Shown: one piece after another, positions 11,990 to 25,792 of the stretch | Position numbering within the stretch: position 1 is the first letter of the stretch | How the letters are laid out: each line of letters begins with the position of its first letter | From: Squalus acanthias | Lineage: Eukaryota | Direction of reading: 5' to 3' | DNA length: 64,000 bases | NCBI GenBank assembly: GCA_030390025.1 | Contig: CM059425.1 | Span: forward strand, 162,256,001-162,320,000 | Made by a program: the position numbers and the translations under genes | The notes under the pieces: model-generated | Seen by the model: only the letters and a program-made list of their open reading frames with translations | Told to the model about the DNA's origin: nothing | The model's database searches: none

Positions 11990-13132
11990 GTGAGTTGAAA
12001 AGCTTCAGTGCTTAATTAAATCTCTTCATCTCTAACGATGTTATTTTTCTTTCTTTTGGGTGGGAGGAGCTTAGAGTTGTGGGTGCCACCAGCATGATTT
12101 TTTTTATTCGTTCATGGAATGTGGGTGTCGCTGGCAAGGTCAGCATTTATTTCCCATCCCTAATTGCCCTTGAAAAGGTGGTGATGAGCTGCCTTCTTGA
12201 ACCGCTGCAGTCCGTGTGGTGAAGGTACTCCCATAGTGCTGTTAGGGAGGGAGTTCCAGGATTTTGACCCCGTGACAATGAAGGAACAGCGATATATTTC
12301 CAAGTTGGGATGGTGTGAAAAGTTTTGCACAGCCAAATGGCTAGACATGAGCCATTTCAAAAATGAAGACGTGATTGCTTTTTTTGCTTAACTGTCTCCA
12401 ATTGCCTATCCTAGTTTCAACAGTATGCAAAAAGACTTGCAGAATTTTTTGTGTGTGTGGGCATCAAAGTCAGACAAACAAAATTAGCTCTGAAGCTGGA
12501 TCTAAAAGCTGTCGTGGCATTATTCGAAGGAAAGCTGGTAGCTCTGCTGGTGTTCTGGGAAACATTCCTCCTTCAACCAACACCATTAAAAGCAGAGTAG
12601 TTAGTCATTCAACTCTTTTTTTCACTTTGCTATGCGCATATTAGTTCCTGCATTTACCTATGTAACGGCCTCAAAGTAATTCATTGGTTGTGAAGAGCTT
12701 TATAATGAAGCATTGTATTAATTCTTTCTGTTAGTGGAATAATTATTTCTGTTAGTCAAAAAACAACCTTATTTATAATGTGTGTGCATGGGAGATTAGG
12801 TAATATTGTGGCGCTACCTCTGGGGGCTGGGTTCAAATCCAGATTATACTGGTGGGCTGCAAGTTTTCTGTAACAGTTTTTTATTCTTGGGGTGGAGCAT
12901 TGCTGGCAAAGCTGCATTTATTGTTGTTCCTTAGTTGACCTGAGAAATAGTGGACCTTCTCCAAATGCTGATGATGTGCCCATGGTGCTAAGTAGCAGCG
13001 ATGATGAAGGAATGGCAATATATGTCCATAAATCAGGACAGTGTGTGACTTGGAGGTGATGGTGTTACCATATTCTTTCTTGTCCTTCTTGATGGTAGAG
13101 ACAGGGGGTGCTTTCAAAGTAAAATTGATGAG

Positions 13133-13670
13133 TTGCTAGCCCATGTGCTGCTGAAACTCTCATCCATGCTTTTGTTATCTCCACTCGCCTATTCCAGTGC
13201 TCTCATGGCTGACTTCCCATCTTCCACCCTCATCCAAAACTCTGCTGCCCATATCCTAATCCGTGCCAAGTCCCGCCCATGCATCACTCCTGTGCTCACT
13301 GACCTACATCGGCTTTCGGTCCACCAACGCCTAGATTTTAAAATTCTCATCCTCGTGTTCAAATCCCTTTTGTTGCCTCGCCCCAACCTATCTCTGTAAC
13401 CTCCTGAAGCCCTACAACTCTCTGAGAACTCTATGTTCCTCCAACCCTGGCCTCTTGTGCATCCCTCACATCCTTCGCCCCACCACTGGTGACCATGCCT
13501 TCAGCCTGGAATTCACTCCCTAAACTTCTGCCTCTCTCCTTTTAAGACTCTCCTTAAAATCTATCTCTTTGACCAAGCTTTTAGTCACCAATCCTAATAT
13601 CTCCTTCTTTATCTCCATGTCCATTTTAGTCTGGTTACGCTAAAGGCGCTATATAAATGCAAGTTGTTGA
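13133..13670 (+). mobile_element. L2 LINE 3' remnant
   Basis: IQNSAAHIL...ITPVLTDLH.L.V.QR..FKILILVFK; 3' end AAAGGCGCTATATAAATGCAAGTTGTTG. Confidence 0.75.
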
Positions 13671-14233
13671 TGTGGCTGGTCCAGTTTCTGGTCATTGGTC
13701 TCTCATTCCCCATGATGCTGATGGTGGAGGACTCCGTGATGGTGCATTTGAAGGTTGGAAGAGGTGATTGGACTTTACCTTGGAAATGGTTATTGCTTGC
13801 CACTTGCGTGGCATAAAAGCTACCTGCCACTTGTCCACCCAAGCTTGGATGTTGTGCAGGTGCTGTTGTGGGCTGTCATAAGCTGCTTTATTATCAGAGG
13901 AGTTGTGATTGGAGCTCAACACTAGCATAGTCATCTGAGTATGAAGAACAGCTAATTATTTGTAAAACAAAAAGAAAAAACTGCAAATGCTGAAAATCTC
14001 AAATAAAAAGTCAGCAAGTGTAAAGAGAAAAGACATGTTATTGGCATCAATGGCCTTTTTTCTCCTTTACAAATGCTGATTGGCCTGCTGTGTATTTTTA
14101 GCATTTTCTGTAATTGAAAAGTTTGTCACTAAAGACATGCATGATCAAAAAAAGATGATGAGATATGTTCCATTCAAATGGTGAAATACTGCTGGGTAGC
14201 CACTAAATAAAAACCATTTTGTTTTCATGGTAG

Positions 14234-14400
14234 GGTAACGTAGACATGGGTTTCTTACATGAGTTCATCAGCATTATGCAAACTCTAGTTCTTAATCATC
14301 CACCCTGGCAACAGTCTTCAATAGTGAGTTACTATATGAGGATTCTTCAGTGCTCCAGTTGTAGGAAAGGAGGTTCGTTTCTTTTGGAATCACTTGCAAG
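14234..14400 (+). CDS. SLF1: SLF1 exon (phase 0 to 2)
   Basis: tag|GGT...CAAG|gtaaga; contains HPPWQQSSIVSYYMRILQCSSCRKG (SLF1 HPPWK...YYLELFQCPTCMKG). Confidence 0.93.
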
Positions 14401-16968
14401 GTAAGAAATTGTAAATGTTTAAATACCAGGATTGCCAGTATTTTTCACATGTATGACTACTGTGCAATTTTCTTCATTTTTAAGGCCAGTTTTCTCCATT
14501 GTTGTTGGTACTCAGTTTCATTTAAGAATAATTTTAAAAAACTTAAGATGTTAAAACAAATCAGTCCTTTCTAATGCCATTTTTTAAATTAAAAAAAAAT
14601 AGTGCTGATGTCAAGAACCAATTAAGACCAAATCATATTGATTGTATATTCCTCCATTTGCCAGTGTTACGGCTGAAGATTTAAGAGATTTTTAAAATTA
14701 TGAAGGGCTTTGATGGTAAATAGGAAAAGTTTACTTCATCTGATTGGGGAGTCAGTGATTTTGGGGCCATCAACTTAAAATTGTAACTAAAAGTAAAGAG
14801 ACAAGTTAGGAGAAACTTCTTTGTGCAGAGGGTATTTTATTGGAATAGGGAATGCTTTGCCAAAGGGAGCAGTTGAGGCAGAAATTATTGCATCAGGTTA
14901 GAGAAAATATCTGAAGCAGAGGAACCTCCAGGGCTATGGGGCAAGCACAGAGCAGTGGTATTAGTTTGGGATAGTTCGATCAAACAACTGGTACAAACAT
15001 GATGGGATAAATGGCCTCATTTTCTGCTGTAAACTTCTATAGTTCTGCGTGAAAAAGTCAGCATGAGTAAAGTATGAAAATTTACCTTGCGCTCTCACGA
15101 ACATTAACGAAAGGAGGCAAATTTGCGCAAATTGGTGGCCACCTTTCCATACGTTACAACAGTAACTATCCTTCAAAAGTACTTCATTTTGCAATAAAGT
15201 GCTTTGGGGAAATCCTGGGGTCATGAAAAGTGCTATATAAATCAAAGTTCTTGCTGCTTTTATTCTCTTTCTCTTGCTTTTTTTCTTTCTTTCTCAGTCA
15301 ACAGTATTTTTAATATTGGTACAATGCCAGATAAACTTTTTGATGTGAGATCTCACTTTGGGCCTCCTGGTTCCCATGAGAAGTTGCAGAATTATTCTTA
15401 CATTTCTCTGAATTTAGAGCTCCTCATGAAAAGTCTTTTTAAAGGGTTGTTGTTACAATAGGGGCTAGATATCCACATGAACCTATAGACTTTTTTCATA
15501 ATTGTATAGATTATCATTTGCCTGCATTGGGTATGGGCTGAATTAAAAATAAATAAGTTAATACTCCAGCTAAGTGTTCAAAAATGTTGTTTGGTTACTG
15601 GTGAGTGGTTAGACATTTTTGCTTTTCAACTGAATCAGCATACAGATAGATGAATTTCCCTATTGCTAATTGCAGAAGAACTGTGTCCTAACCCAGATTT
15701 TTATTGCTAGTGTTGAAAGGCTAGTGCTGTAGAATCTGCTTGTAATGCAAATGGTCAGATTTCATCTCTGTAGGAGCTCCAACATGTTACAGACCACTTC
15801 TACTTGATATTAAAGGAATTTAATTTGCAGAGCATTAAACAGAAATGTTTGCTATGTTAGTGCTATCAAAACAATTTTACAGTAGTATTTGTATGTGCTG
15901 TATTATCTACGTGTTTTTTGTCTGTGTGTGTTGCATTTACACATGAATCTCTAAATGGTCTATTTGAAGTGTACTTGACCACTCTGCGTAAGTTCAGTTG
16001 CTAATATCTTATTGGCTTGCACAGAATATGTGTCTGGAATTCTGTCATATTGTCCTGAGGTCACAACTGCTAATTGTAACATATTGATACCAAAATAAAA
16101 TCACCATTTTACCACTATATACTAAGTACAGATAATTGTGGCTATTTCTGTATAATATGAAGACCCATGAAAACACCTTCCATTTTTAATCACAACGGTT
16201 TTTTTTGAGTCAAAAATGTCAACTAGGCAAAGTAGGGAAGTGTCAATGGACTGCTGTTGCACTAGTGTGATAATAGTATTAACAAAATTATCAATAACCA
16301 GTGGCAGAGTAGGTTCAAAGAATGCTTCTTTGCAACATGAAGTCTGGTGCTGGCAAAATTCAAGGCAAATAGAATAACAAGTCAGTGCTGGATTATAGGT
16401 TATATGCATTTGTAAAATATACATAACTATGTGTCACCACTAGTGCTGTATTCTTTTAACCTTCAATAAATATAACAGAAAAAAACATTTGTTAATGTTG
16501 AAGGAACTTTAGTTGAGTACATAAATTGTATAAATGCCAATTGATTACAAAATTCTTTTGAGTCCTATGTTTGTGAAGTGGTGAATATTTTAGTATTCAT
16601 GTGGTACATGAATTGGGTTAACTTCATAAAATTAATTTCCCTCTTCCTCTTGAAGGGAATTATATTTAACATTTTACAATTATTGCTTACATTTATTTAA
16701 TAAATTCTGAACAGAAAAATACACTTAGAAATATTTGAGAGCTCTTTTAGAAAATGTAGTAAAAGATACCTCCGTGTAATCTGAATCTGTAATGAGAGTT
16801 GAAGAGTAGCAAATCTTAAACTTTTCCGTTAAAAGCACTTCTCAAAAATATCTTGAAGGCTTATTTGTAACAGGAAACCAAGTTGCTGCAATTTCTGTTC
16901 TGTTTTTAAAAATAATTTCTTCTGCCATTCAGTAATTTTATAAATGAACTTTTAATTTGGTATTTTAG

Positions 16969-17109
16969 GTCCTGTGTTTATGATGAAGAACCTTGTCATC
17001 AGCCATCAAATCAAGAGCTATCCATTTCAGAACTGAAGCCGCTTTATAGATTACTATTAAAGTATTTCTTTGACCTGTTTGAAGCTGAACTAGAGGCTTT
17101 AAATAAAAG
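16969..17109 (+). CDS. SLF1: SLF1 exon (phase 2 to 2)
   Basis: ttttag|G TCC...AAAAG|gtaatt; RSCVYDEEPCHQ...LLLKYFFDLFEAELEALNK. Confidence 0.92.
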
Positions 17110-17311
17110 GTAATTTAGGATGAACTGTATAATGGGACTTGGCTTTTGCTACGGGATCTTGCCGAGTGTGAGTGATTCTTGCAAACAGCAATGGGGATGT
17201 GAATTGTTAGCTTGGCTTCTCTGGTAGCACTCTGAGTTAGAACATTGTGGGTTTGAGCCCCATACAAGACTTGTGCACGTAATCTAGACTGACACTCAAG
17301 TGTAATATTGA

Positions 17312-18437
17312 CGATGCCACCTTCCATACTAGTACTTCCGATATGTCTTTTTCCTCAACTGAGGATTCCCCTCTACCTTGGTTGACATGGCCCTCGACCG
17401 TGTCCATTCCATTTCCCGCACTTCTGCTCTCACCCCTTCCCCTCCCTCCCAGAACCACGATAGGGTTCCCCTTGCCCTCACCTTTCACCCCACCAGCTTC
17501 CACATTCAATGGATCATTTTCCGCCACCTCCAGCGTGATCCTACCACCAAACACATCTTCCCCTCCCCATCCCCACGACACTCTCCTGCCTCCCTCCGCG
17601 ACACCCTGGTCCACTCCGCAATTACTCCCAACACCCCTTCCCACGGCACCTTCCTGTGCAAGCACAGGAGATGCAACACCTGCCCTTTTACCACCTCCTC
17701 CCCACTGTCCAGGACCCCAAACACTCCTTCCTGGTGAAACAGCAATTTACTTGTACTTCTTGCAATTTAGTATACTGTATTCACTGCTCACGATGCAGTC
17801 GCCTCTACATTGGGTGACCGCTTTGCAGAACACCTCCTTTCAGTCCGTAAGTGTGACCCCGAGCTTCCAGTCACCTGTCACTTTAATTCTCTGCTCCACT
17901 CCCACTCTGATCTCTCGGTCCTCGACCTCTTACACTGTTCCAACAAAGCTCAACGTAAGCTCGAGGAACAGCACCTCATCTTTCGATTAGGCACTTTACA
18001 GCCTTCTGGACTTAACATCGAGTTCAACAATTTCAGACTATAACCTCGTCCCCTGTGTTTTCTTTTTTCTCTCACATGGCAGCTGTTGATGATTCTGCCA
18101 TTGCCATTTACACATCATCCAGAGTCATCTTGTTTCTTAACCTGTCCCATTACCATCTCCTTTTGCCTTGCACCATCATCCCTTTTGTCTTTTAATCTCT
18201 CCTGCCTTCCATCCTATCACAAACCTTCCCTTTGTTCTTTCCTCCCCTCCTCCCTATCCCTGCCCCTACACTTGCTTAAAAATCTGTTACATCTCTAACT
18301 TTTTCCAGTTCTGACGTAGGGTCATCGACCTGAAACGTTAACTCTGTTTCTCTCTCCACGATGCTGCCTGACCTGCTGAGTGTTTCCAGCATTTTCTGTT
18401 GTTGTTTCAGATTCCAGCATCTGCAGTATTTTACTAT
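17312..18437 (+). mobile_element. 5'-truncated Penelope-like element inserted in a SINE
   Basis: GIY-YIG region (C..RCNTC; LGDRFAEHL...RKLEEQHLIFRLGTLQPSGLNIEF); pLTR; 11-bp TSD TGTAATATTGA at 17301 and 18438; hammerhead copy 18307-18343 has a core mutation (CTGACGT). Confidence 0.88.
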
Positions 18438-18906
18438 TGTAATATTGAGGGACTGCTTTATTGTTAGAAGTGCCATCTTTTGAATGAGATGTTAGAAACA
18501 AAGGCTTTGTTTGCCTGGGATTTTAAAATTCCCATGGCATTTAATCATAGAGTAAGGTGTACTACTGGTCAACATTCCTCGGTCAACTAATACCGCCCAA
18601 AACACAGATGAACTGAGGGAGATTGCTAGTGCAGAATTGGTGTGACATTTGGTTACATAGGAAAAATCATTGCACAAAGTTAATTCCAAATGGGAAGGAT
18701 TTTGAGATGTTTTGACATGATAATGCATTGTATAAATTCAAGTATTAAAGTAATCAGAATAATGCCAATTTGAGTCTGCTGTGGGAAGGCCATGTGTCAA
18801 ACTCCTGCTTGGTCATGCATTTATTCCCATTATCAAAAACTGACTGCTACAACTACTGAGATTAAAATGATGTAAATGTATTTTTTCTTCTATTGCTCTC
18901 TAATAG

Positions 18907-19066
18907 CTGTTTTGAAAACACAAACTGTGGGTGTTCTCGTACTATACCTCCTTCTGTCCTTGCAAAATTTTTCTTGGAATACTCTGATGTGATGACCAAT
19001 CCTGTTGCTGTTTTATTGGATTGTGTTCTTCAAGCAACTAGAGCACTGGTTAGGAAACCAAATGAT
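18907..19066 (+). CDS. SLF1: SLF1 exon (phase 2 to 0)
   Basis: taatag|C TGT...GAT|gtgagt; SVLAKFF...MTNPVAVLLDCV...KPND. Confidence 0.88.
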
Positions 19067-19532
19067 GTGAGTAAAATTAATCAATAACAGCAAGTTACAA
19101 TTTGGTTTTCAAGTGGCTTCTTTATATCCAAGACATTGACCTGATGCATTCTCTTGAAAGTATCTATGTAAATAATCTGGGTGTTTTCTGTACATGTGGA
19201 GAATGTGAAATTAAACTGAATTTTGAGAACTGTTTTGCATTTGCCAGATTACATCAAAAAAAATTACAGTCATTAGTTGATGATTTTATGCTTTTAGCAT
19301 AATTATGCAATTATAATTCTGGATGGAGTGGAAAGAAAGGCATTGGCTATTGAGTTAGGCCAGGCAGTGTATTAAACTTTCAATCTCTGAAGGATTAGCG
19401 ACTAGTTTAGGCCCTTTTACTTAACATGCATTTATGGATTTTTAAAAAGTGATTAATTTGAACTTGAACAACTAGCTGTCAATGATCATTATACATTGGT
19501 TCATTTTATTTGTTCTTGATCTTCCTATTCAG

Positions 19533-19680
19533 AAAGCTTTCTGCGAAACAGCCTACATCTTGCATGGCATATTAGGAGTAATTGTGGAATATCGGCTTTT
19601 GGTAAACCGACTACGTGGGAAATCCTTATCTGGCCGAGCTTGGGATGATTTACAGTTTTACATTCCTATATGTTGTCAAG
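19533..19680 (+). CDS. SLF1: SLF1 exon (phase 0 to 1)
   Basis: ttcag|AAA...CAAG|gtgaag; ETAYILHGILGVIVEY...WDDLQFYIPICCQ (SLF1 ELAYLLAGILGAAIDY...DDL). Confidence 0.92.
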
Positions 19681-20285
19681 GTGAAGACTGATTTCAATAT
19701 ATTACATTACAATTCTGAATCATAGAATGGTTACAGCACAGGAGGAGGCCGTTCGGCCCGTCGAGCCCATGCCGGATCTCTGCAAGAGCACTTCAGCTAG
19801 TACCACTCCCCCGCCCTTTCCCTATAGCCCTGCAAATTTCTTTTAGTTCAGGTACTTACCCAATTCCCTTTTGAAAGCCACGATTGAATCTGCCTCCACT
19901 ACCCTTTCAGGCAATGCATTCCAGATCCTAACCACTTGCTGCGTAAAAAAGTTTTTCCTCATGTCTCCTTTGGTTCTTCTGCCAATCACCTTAAATCTGT
20001 ATCCTCTGGTTCTCGGCCCTCCCGCCAACGGGAACATTTTCTCTCTATTTACTCTCCTCTCCACCTTCTCTGCTCTAAGGAGAACAACCCCAGCTTCTCC
20101 AGTCTATCCACATAACTGATGTCCCTTATCCCTGGAACCATTCTTTTAAATCTTTTCTGCACCCTCTCTAAGGCCTTCACATCCTTCCTAAAGTGCGGTG
20201 CCCAGAATTGGACACAATACTCCAGTTGAGGCCGAACCAGTGTTTTATAAAGGCTCATCATAACTTCCTTGCATTTGTACTCTAT

Positions 20286-21110
20286 GGGCTGGATTTTGTC
20301 AATGGGGACGTGATGGATGCAGGACTCCCACTTTTTGGGTTGTAGTCCCGCCTTCATCGACTTGTGGCCAACCCACTCGATTTTCCCTTGATTGACCTTG
20401 TTGAGCCCGCTCAGTGGGCTCAGCAGGCCAATTAAGGGCCACCCGGCAACAGGTGACGTCACAGATTGACATTTCATCTGTCAAGAGCTTTTGACAGATG
20501 AAATATCAGCGTTTGACAGCTCCTTGAAGCTGTCGAACACTGACAATCTGTCCTCTAAGTTAATTCCTTCCTCTCAGGCTGATTTAGAGATCTCTTGCAG
20601 AACACAAAGCAGAGGCTGCAGCTTTTGACAGCTCAACGGCTATTCTGCTTTCTGTGCCGGTGAGATTTCTGGCTCCCGAGACCTGAAGGGCTAACACCTG
20701 CAGGAGGAAGTTAAGGTAAGTAAAACTTTTTTCCACTTACCTTACACACTTACCTCTGCACACATGCACCCATCACTCACCTGCCCACCGGACATATCGA
20801 CCCCTCCAACCCCTGCAGACCCACGGTCCGCCTCGCTAAAACGGCGTGGTTCGGACCTGTCGGGAAGCCCACACTTCAGGGCTAAAAATAGGGATTAGGC
20901 AAAAAACTGCCTGTTAACTACCTGTTAACAGGCAGTTTATTGGCACTAATCCCCTTCCCGCCTCGGGGAGGCAGGTCCCAGCACAGGTCGGGTACCCGCC
21001 TCCTGTGAAACTAGCATGGGGGCGGGATGGGTTCGGGACCCCCGAATCTGCAATTTTAACCCCCCACACTCCTTCAAACCTGCCTCCACGGGTCAATGAA
21101 AATTCTGCCC
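20286..21110. mobile_element. Harbinger-type MITE (family B)
   Basis: TIR GGGCTGGATTTT / AAAATTCTGCCC, TSD TAT, cleanly splits CR1; inverted homologue at 58522-59343. Confidence 0.88.
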
Positions 21111-23100
21111 TATGCCTCTGTTTATGAAGCCCAGGATCCCGTATGCTTTTTTTTAAACCGCTTTCTCAACCTTCCCTGCCACCTTCAACGATTTGTTCAC
21201 ATATACCCCCAGGTCTCTCTGTTCATCCTTTGGGATTGTACCCTTTAGTTTATATTGCCTCTCCTTGTTCTTCCTACCAAAATGTATCACTTTGCACTTT
21301 TCTGTGTTAAATTTCATCTGCCATGTATCTGCCCATTCCACCAGCCTGTATGTCATCTTGAAGTCTATCACTATCCTCCTCAATGTTCATTATACTTCCA
21401 AGTTTTGTGTCATCTGCAAACTTTTAAATTGTGCCCTGTACACCCAAGTCTAAGTCATTCATATATATCAAGAAAAGCAGTGGTCCTAGTTCCGACCCCT
21501 GGGGAACACCACTGTGTACCTTCCTCCAGTCCGATAAACAACCATTCATCACTACTCTCTGTTTCATGTCACTTAGCCAATTTCGTATCCATGCTGCCCC
21601 TGTCCCTTTTATTCCATGGGTTTCAACTTTGCTGGCAAGCCTATTATATAGCACTTTTATCAAGCGCCTTTTGGAAGTCCATGTACTCCACATCAACTGC
21701 ATTGCCCTCATCAACCCTCTCTGTTACCTCATCAAAAAACTAAATCAAATTAGTTAAACACGATTTGCTTTTAAAAAATCCGTGCTGGATTTCCTTAATT
21801 AATCCACGCTTGTCCAAGTGACTGTTAATTTTGTCACGGATTATAGTTTCTAAAAGCTTCCCCACTACTGAGGTTAAACTGACTGGCCTGTAGTTGCTGG
21901 GTTTATCTTTACACTCTTTTTTGAACAAAGGTGTAACATTTGCAATTCTCCAGTCCTCTGGCACCACCCCATATCCAAGGAGGCTTGGAAGATTATGGCC
22001 AGTACCTCTGCAATTTCCACCTTTACTTCCCTCAGCATCCTAGGATGCATCCCATCCAGTCCAGGTGACTTATCTACTTTAAGTCCAGCCAGCTTTTCTA
22101 GTACCTCCTCTTATCAATTTTTATTCCATTCAGTATTTCAACTACCTCCTCTTTCACTATGACTTTGGCAGCATCTTCTTCCTTGATAAAGACATATGCA
22201 AAGTACTCATTTAGTATCTCATAGAATCATAGAAATTTACAGTACGGAAGGAGGCCATTTTGGCCCATCGTGTCCACGCCAGCTGACAGAGATATCCAGC
22301 CTAATCCAACTTTCCAGCTCTTGGTCCGTAGCCCTGTAGATTACGGCACTTCAAGTGTACATCCAAGAACTTTTTAAATGTGGTGAGGGTTTCTGCCTCT
22401 ACCACCCTTTCAGGCAGTGAGTTCCAGACCCCCACCACCCTCTGGATGAAGAAATTTCCTCTCAACCTCCTACCAATTACTTTAAATCTATGTCCCCTGG
22501 TTGTTAACCCCTCTGCTAAGGGAAATAGGTCCTTCCTATCCACTCTATCTAGGCCCCTCATAATTTTATACACCTCAATAAGGTCTCCCCTCAGCCTCCT
22601 CTGTTCCAAAGAAAACAAACCCAGCCTATCCAATCTTTCCTCGTAGCTAAAATTCTCCAGTCCAGGCAACATCCTCGTAAATCTCCTCTGTACCCTCTCT
22701 AGTGCAATCACATCTTTCCTGTAATGTGGTGACCAGAACTGCACGTAGTGCTCTAGCTGTGGCCTAACTAGTGTTTGATACAGTTTAAGCATAACCTCCC
22801 TGCTCTTGTATTCTAATCCTCGGCTAATAAAGCCAAGTATTCCGTATGCCTTCTTAACCACCTTATCTACCCGTCCTGCTACCTTCAAGGATCTGTGGAC
22901 CTGCACTCCAAGGTCCCTTTATTCCTCTACACTTCTCAGTGTCCTACCATTTAATGTGTATTCCCTTGCCTTGTTAGCCCTCCCCAAATGCATTACCTCA
23001 CACTTCTCCGGATTGAATTCCATTTGCCACTGACCAGTTCATTGATATCTTCCTGCAGTCTACAGCTTTCTTCTTCATTATCAACCACACAGCCGATTTT

Positions 23101-23530
23101 AAAAGCAAGAAAAAGAAAGACTTGCATTTCTATACTGCCTTTCACGACCACCGGACGTCTCAAAGCGTTTTACAGTCAATGAAGTAGTTTTTGAAGTGGA
23201 GTCACTGTTGTAATGTGGGAAACACAGCAGCCAATTTGCGCACAGCAAGCTCCCACAAACAGCAATGTGATAATGACCAGACCATCTGTTTTAGTGATGT
23301 TGATTGAGGGATAAATATTGGCCAGGACACCGGGGATAACTCCCCTGCTCTTCTTCGAAATAGTGCCATGGGAACTTTTACGTCCACCTGAGAGAGCAGA
23401 CGGGGCCTCGGTTTAACGTCTCATCCAAAAGACGACACCTCCAGCAGTGCAGCACTCCCTCAGTACTGCACTTGAGTGTCAGCCTAGCTCAGAGGCGAGT
23501 GTGCTACCCACTGAGCCACAGCTGACACTT
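23101..23530 (-). mobile_element. tRNA-headed SINE (DeuSINE/SacSINE1-like)
   Basis: reverse strand begins GTGTCAGCTGTGGCTCAGTGGGTAGCAC (A box) and has an L2-like tail; related decayed copies near 17200-18720, 49150-49380 and 57010-57390. Confidence 0.75.
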
Positions 23531-25145
23531 TAGTATCATCTGCAAACTTCTTTATCATACCCCCTACATTCAAGTCTAAATCATTGATATATACCACAAA
23601 AAGCAAGGTACCCAGTACTGAGCCCTGCGGAATCCCACTGGAAACAGCCTTCCAGTCACAAAAACATCCATCAACCATTACCCTTTGATTCCTCCTCTGA
23701 GCCAATTTTGGATCCAACCTGCCACTTTGCCCTGGATCCCATGGGCTTTTACTTTCGTGACCAGTCTGCCATGTGGGACCTTATCAAAAGCCTTGCTAAA
23801 ATCCATATACACTACATCAAACGCCCTACCCTCATCGACTCTCCTTGTTACCTCCTCAAAAATTCAATTAAGTTAGTCAGACACGACCTTCCCTTAACAA
23901 ATCCGTGCTGACTGTCCTTGATTAATCCGTGTCTTTCGAAATGAAGATTTATCCTGTCCCTCAGAATTTTTTCCAATAATTTTCCCACCACCGAGGTTAG
24001 GCTGACTGGCCTGTAATTACTCAGTCTATCCCTTTCTCTCTTTTTAAACAAAGGTACAACATTAGCTGTCCCCCAGTCCTCAGGCACCTCACCTGTAGCC
24101 AGAGAGATTGGAAAATGATGGTCAGAGCCTCTGCTATTTCCTCTTTTGCTTCTCTTAACAGCCTGGGATACATTTCATCCGGGCCTGGGGATTTATCCAC
24201 TTTCAAAGCTGCCCATGCCCCTTAATACTTCCCCTCTCACTGTTTATTTCATCTAATATTTCACACTCCTCCTTCCTGATTGCAATGTCTGCATCGCTCC
24301 TCTCTTTTGTGAAAACAGGCGCAAAGTATTCATTAAGAACCATACCCACGTCTTCCGCCTCCACACGTAGATTACCTTTATGGTCTCTAATAGGCCCTAT
24401 TCTTTCTTTAGTTATCCTCTTGCTCTTAATGTATTTATAAAACATCTTTGGGTTTTCCTTGATTTTACTTGCCAAAATTTTTTCATGCTCTCTCTTTGCT
24501 TTCCTAATTTCCTTTTTAATTGCACCCCTGCACTTTCTATACTCCTCTAGAGTTTCTGCAGTATTGAGCCCTCGGTATCTGTCATCAGCCTCCCTTTTTT
24601 TCTTTATCCTACCCTGTATGTCCCTTGACATCCAGGGGACTCTAGATTTGTTAGTTCCACCCTTTTTCTTTAAGGAAACATACTTGCTCTAAACCCTCAG
24701 GATCACCTCCTTGAATGCCTCCCACTGTCCTGACACTGATTTACCTTCAAGTAGCCGTTTCCAGTCCACTTTGGCTAAATCCCATCTCAGCTTAGCAAAA
24801 TTGGCTTTTCCCCAGTTGAGAACTTTTATTCATGGTCTATCTTTGTCCTTTTCCATAACTATCCTAAATCTAAATGAATTATGATCACTAGCACCAAAAT
24901 GCTCTCCCACTGATACCCCTTCCACCTGCCCCGCTTCATTCCCTAAAACTAAGTCCAGAACCGCCGCCTCCCTTGTTGGGCTTCTTACATACTGGCTAAA
25001 AAAGTTCTCCTGAATGCATTTTAGGAATTCCGCACCCTCTACCATTCACACTAATTTTATCCCAGTTAATATTAGGGTAGTTGAAATCCCCGACTATTAC
25101 AGCCCTATAGTTTTTGCACTTCTCAGAAATTTGCCTACATACTTG

Positions 25146-25792
25146 GGGGGGGGGGGAGGAATTGGGTTGCTTTGCACCTCCCGTTAGCGCCTTAAGAGGG
25201 CGCTAACGGGGCGCAAAGCAACTAGTGCGCAGCGCCGCCCACTCTCCCACGTCATCGCCGTGCGCAGTGCCCCGCTCGAGCCCTGGCCGCGATCTTCGGG
25301 AACGCCCCCTGACTTACCGCCGGACGCTATGTACGACGAGATCAGGGGGGCCTACCTGCGACCGGGGAGGCGCTATTTAAAGGCGAGGTGCGGGGTGGCC
25401 ATTTTTGTTGCTGGTTGCCTGCCTGCGCTCCCGTCCCCGGTCTCCTGAACGCCGCCCCCCGCCCCCCCCCCCCCCCCCCCACCACCGCGGAGTGCCGACT
25501 GCGCTCCAAGAGCCCGGCACTCCCAATCCCTGGGGGCCCAGCTGGGCCCCGGGTCGCGCTGTGCAAGGCCCCTCCCCTTTAAGAAGGGGAGGAAGGCCTG
25601 CAATACCGCGGCGCTGTGGCACGTAGCGCCGCGATACTGACTCGCAGCACCCCAAGACGGATACAAGGCGCTTCTAGTAGCGCCCCGCTTCTCTCTTGGG
25701 GCGCAGTGAGTCAATTTCCGGCACGGGGGAGCTAATTTTAGCGCCCCGGGGAATTTAGCGCCCCTACTGGGGCGCTACTCAATTTTTAGCCC
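25146..25792. mobile_element. Harbinger-type MITE (family A)
   Basis: G-run+AGGAATTGGG / CTCAATTTTTAGCCC, TSD TTG, splits CR1. Confidence 0.82.

Noticed and set aside
23490..23530. A-box-like sequence as a tRNA gene
   Set aside because: Head of a SINE; no complete cloverleaf
25260..25714. GC/CpG-rich stretch with overlapping ORFs as CpG-island promoter or gene
   Set aside because: Lies wholly within a TIR/TSD-bounded MITE; ORFs reflect GC-rich low complexity
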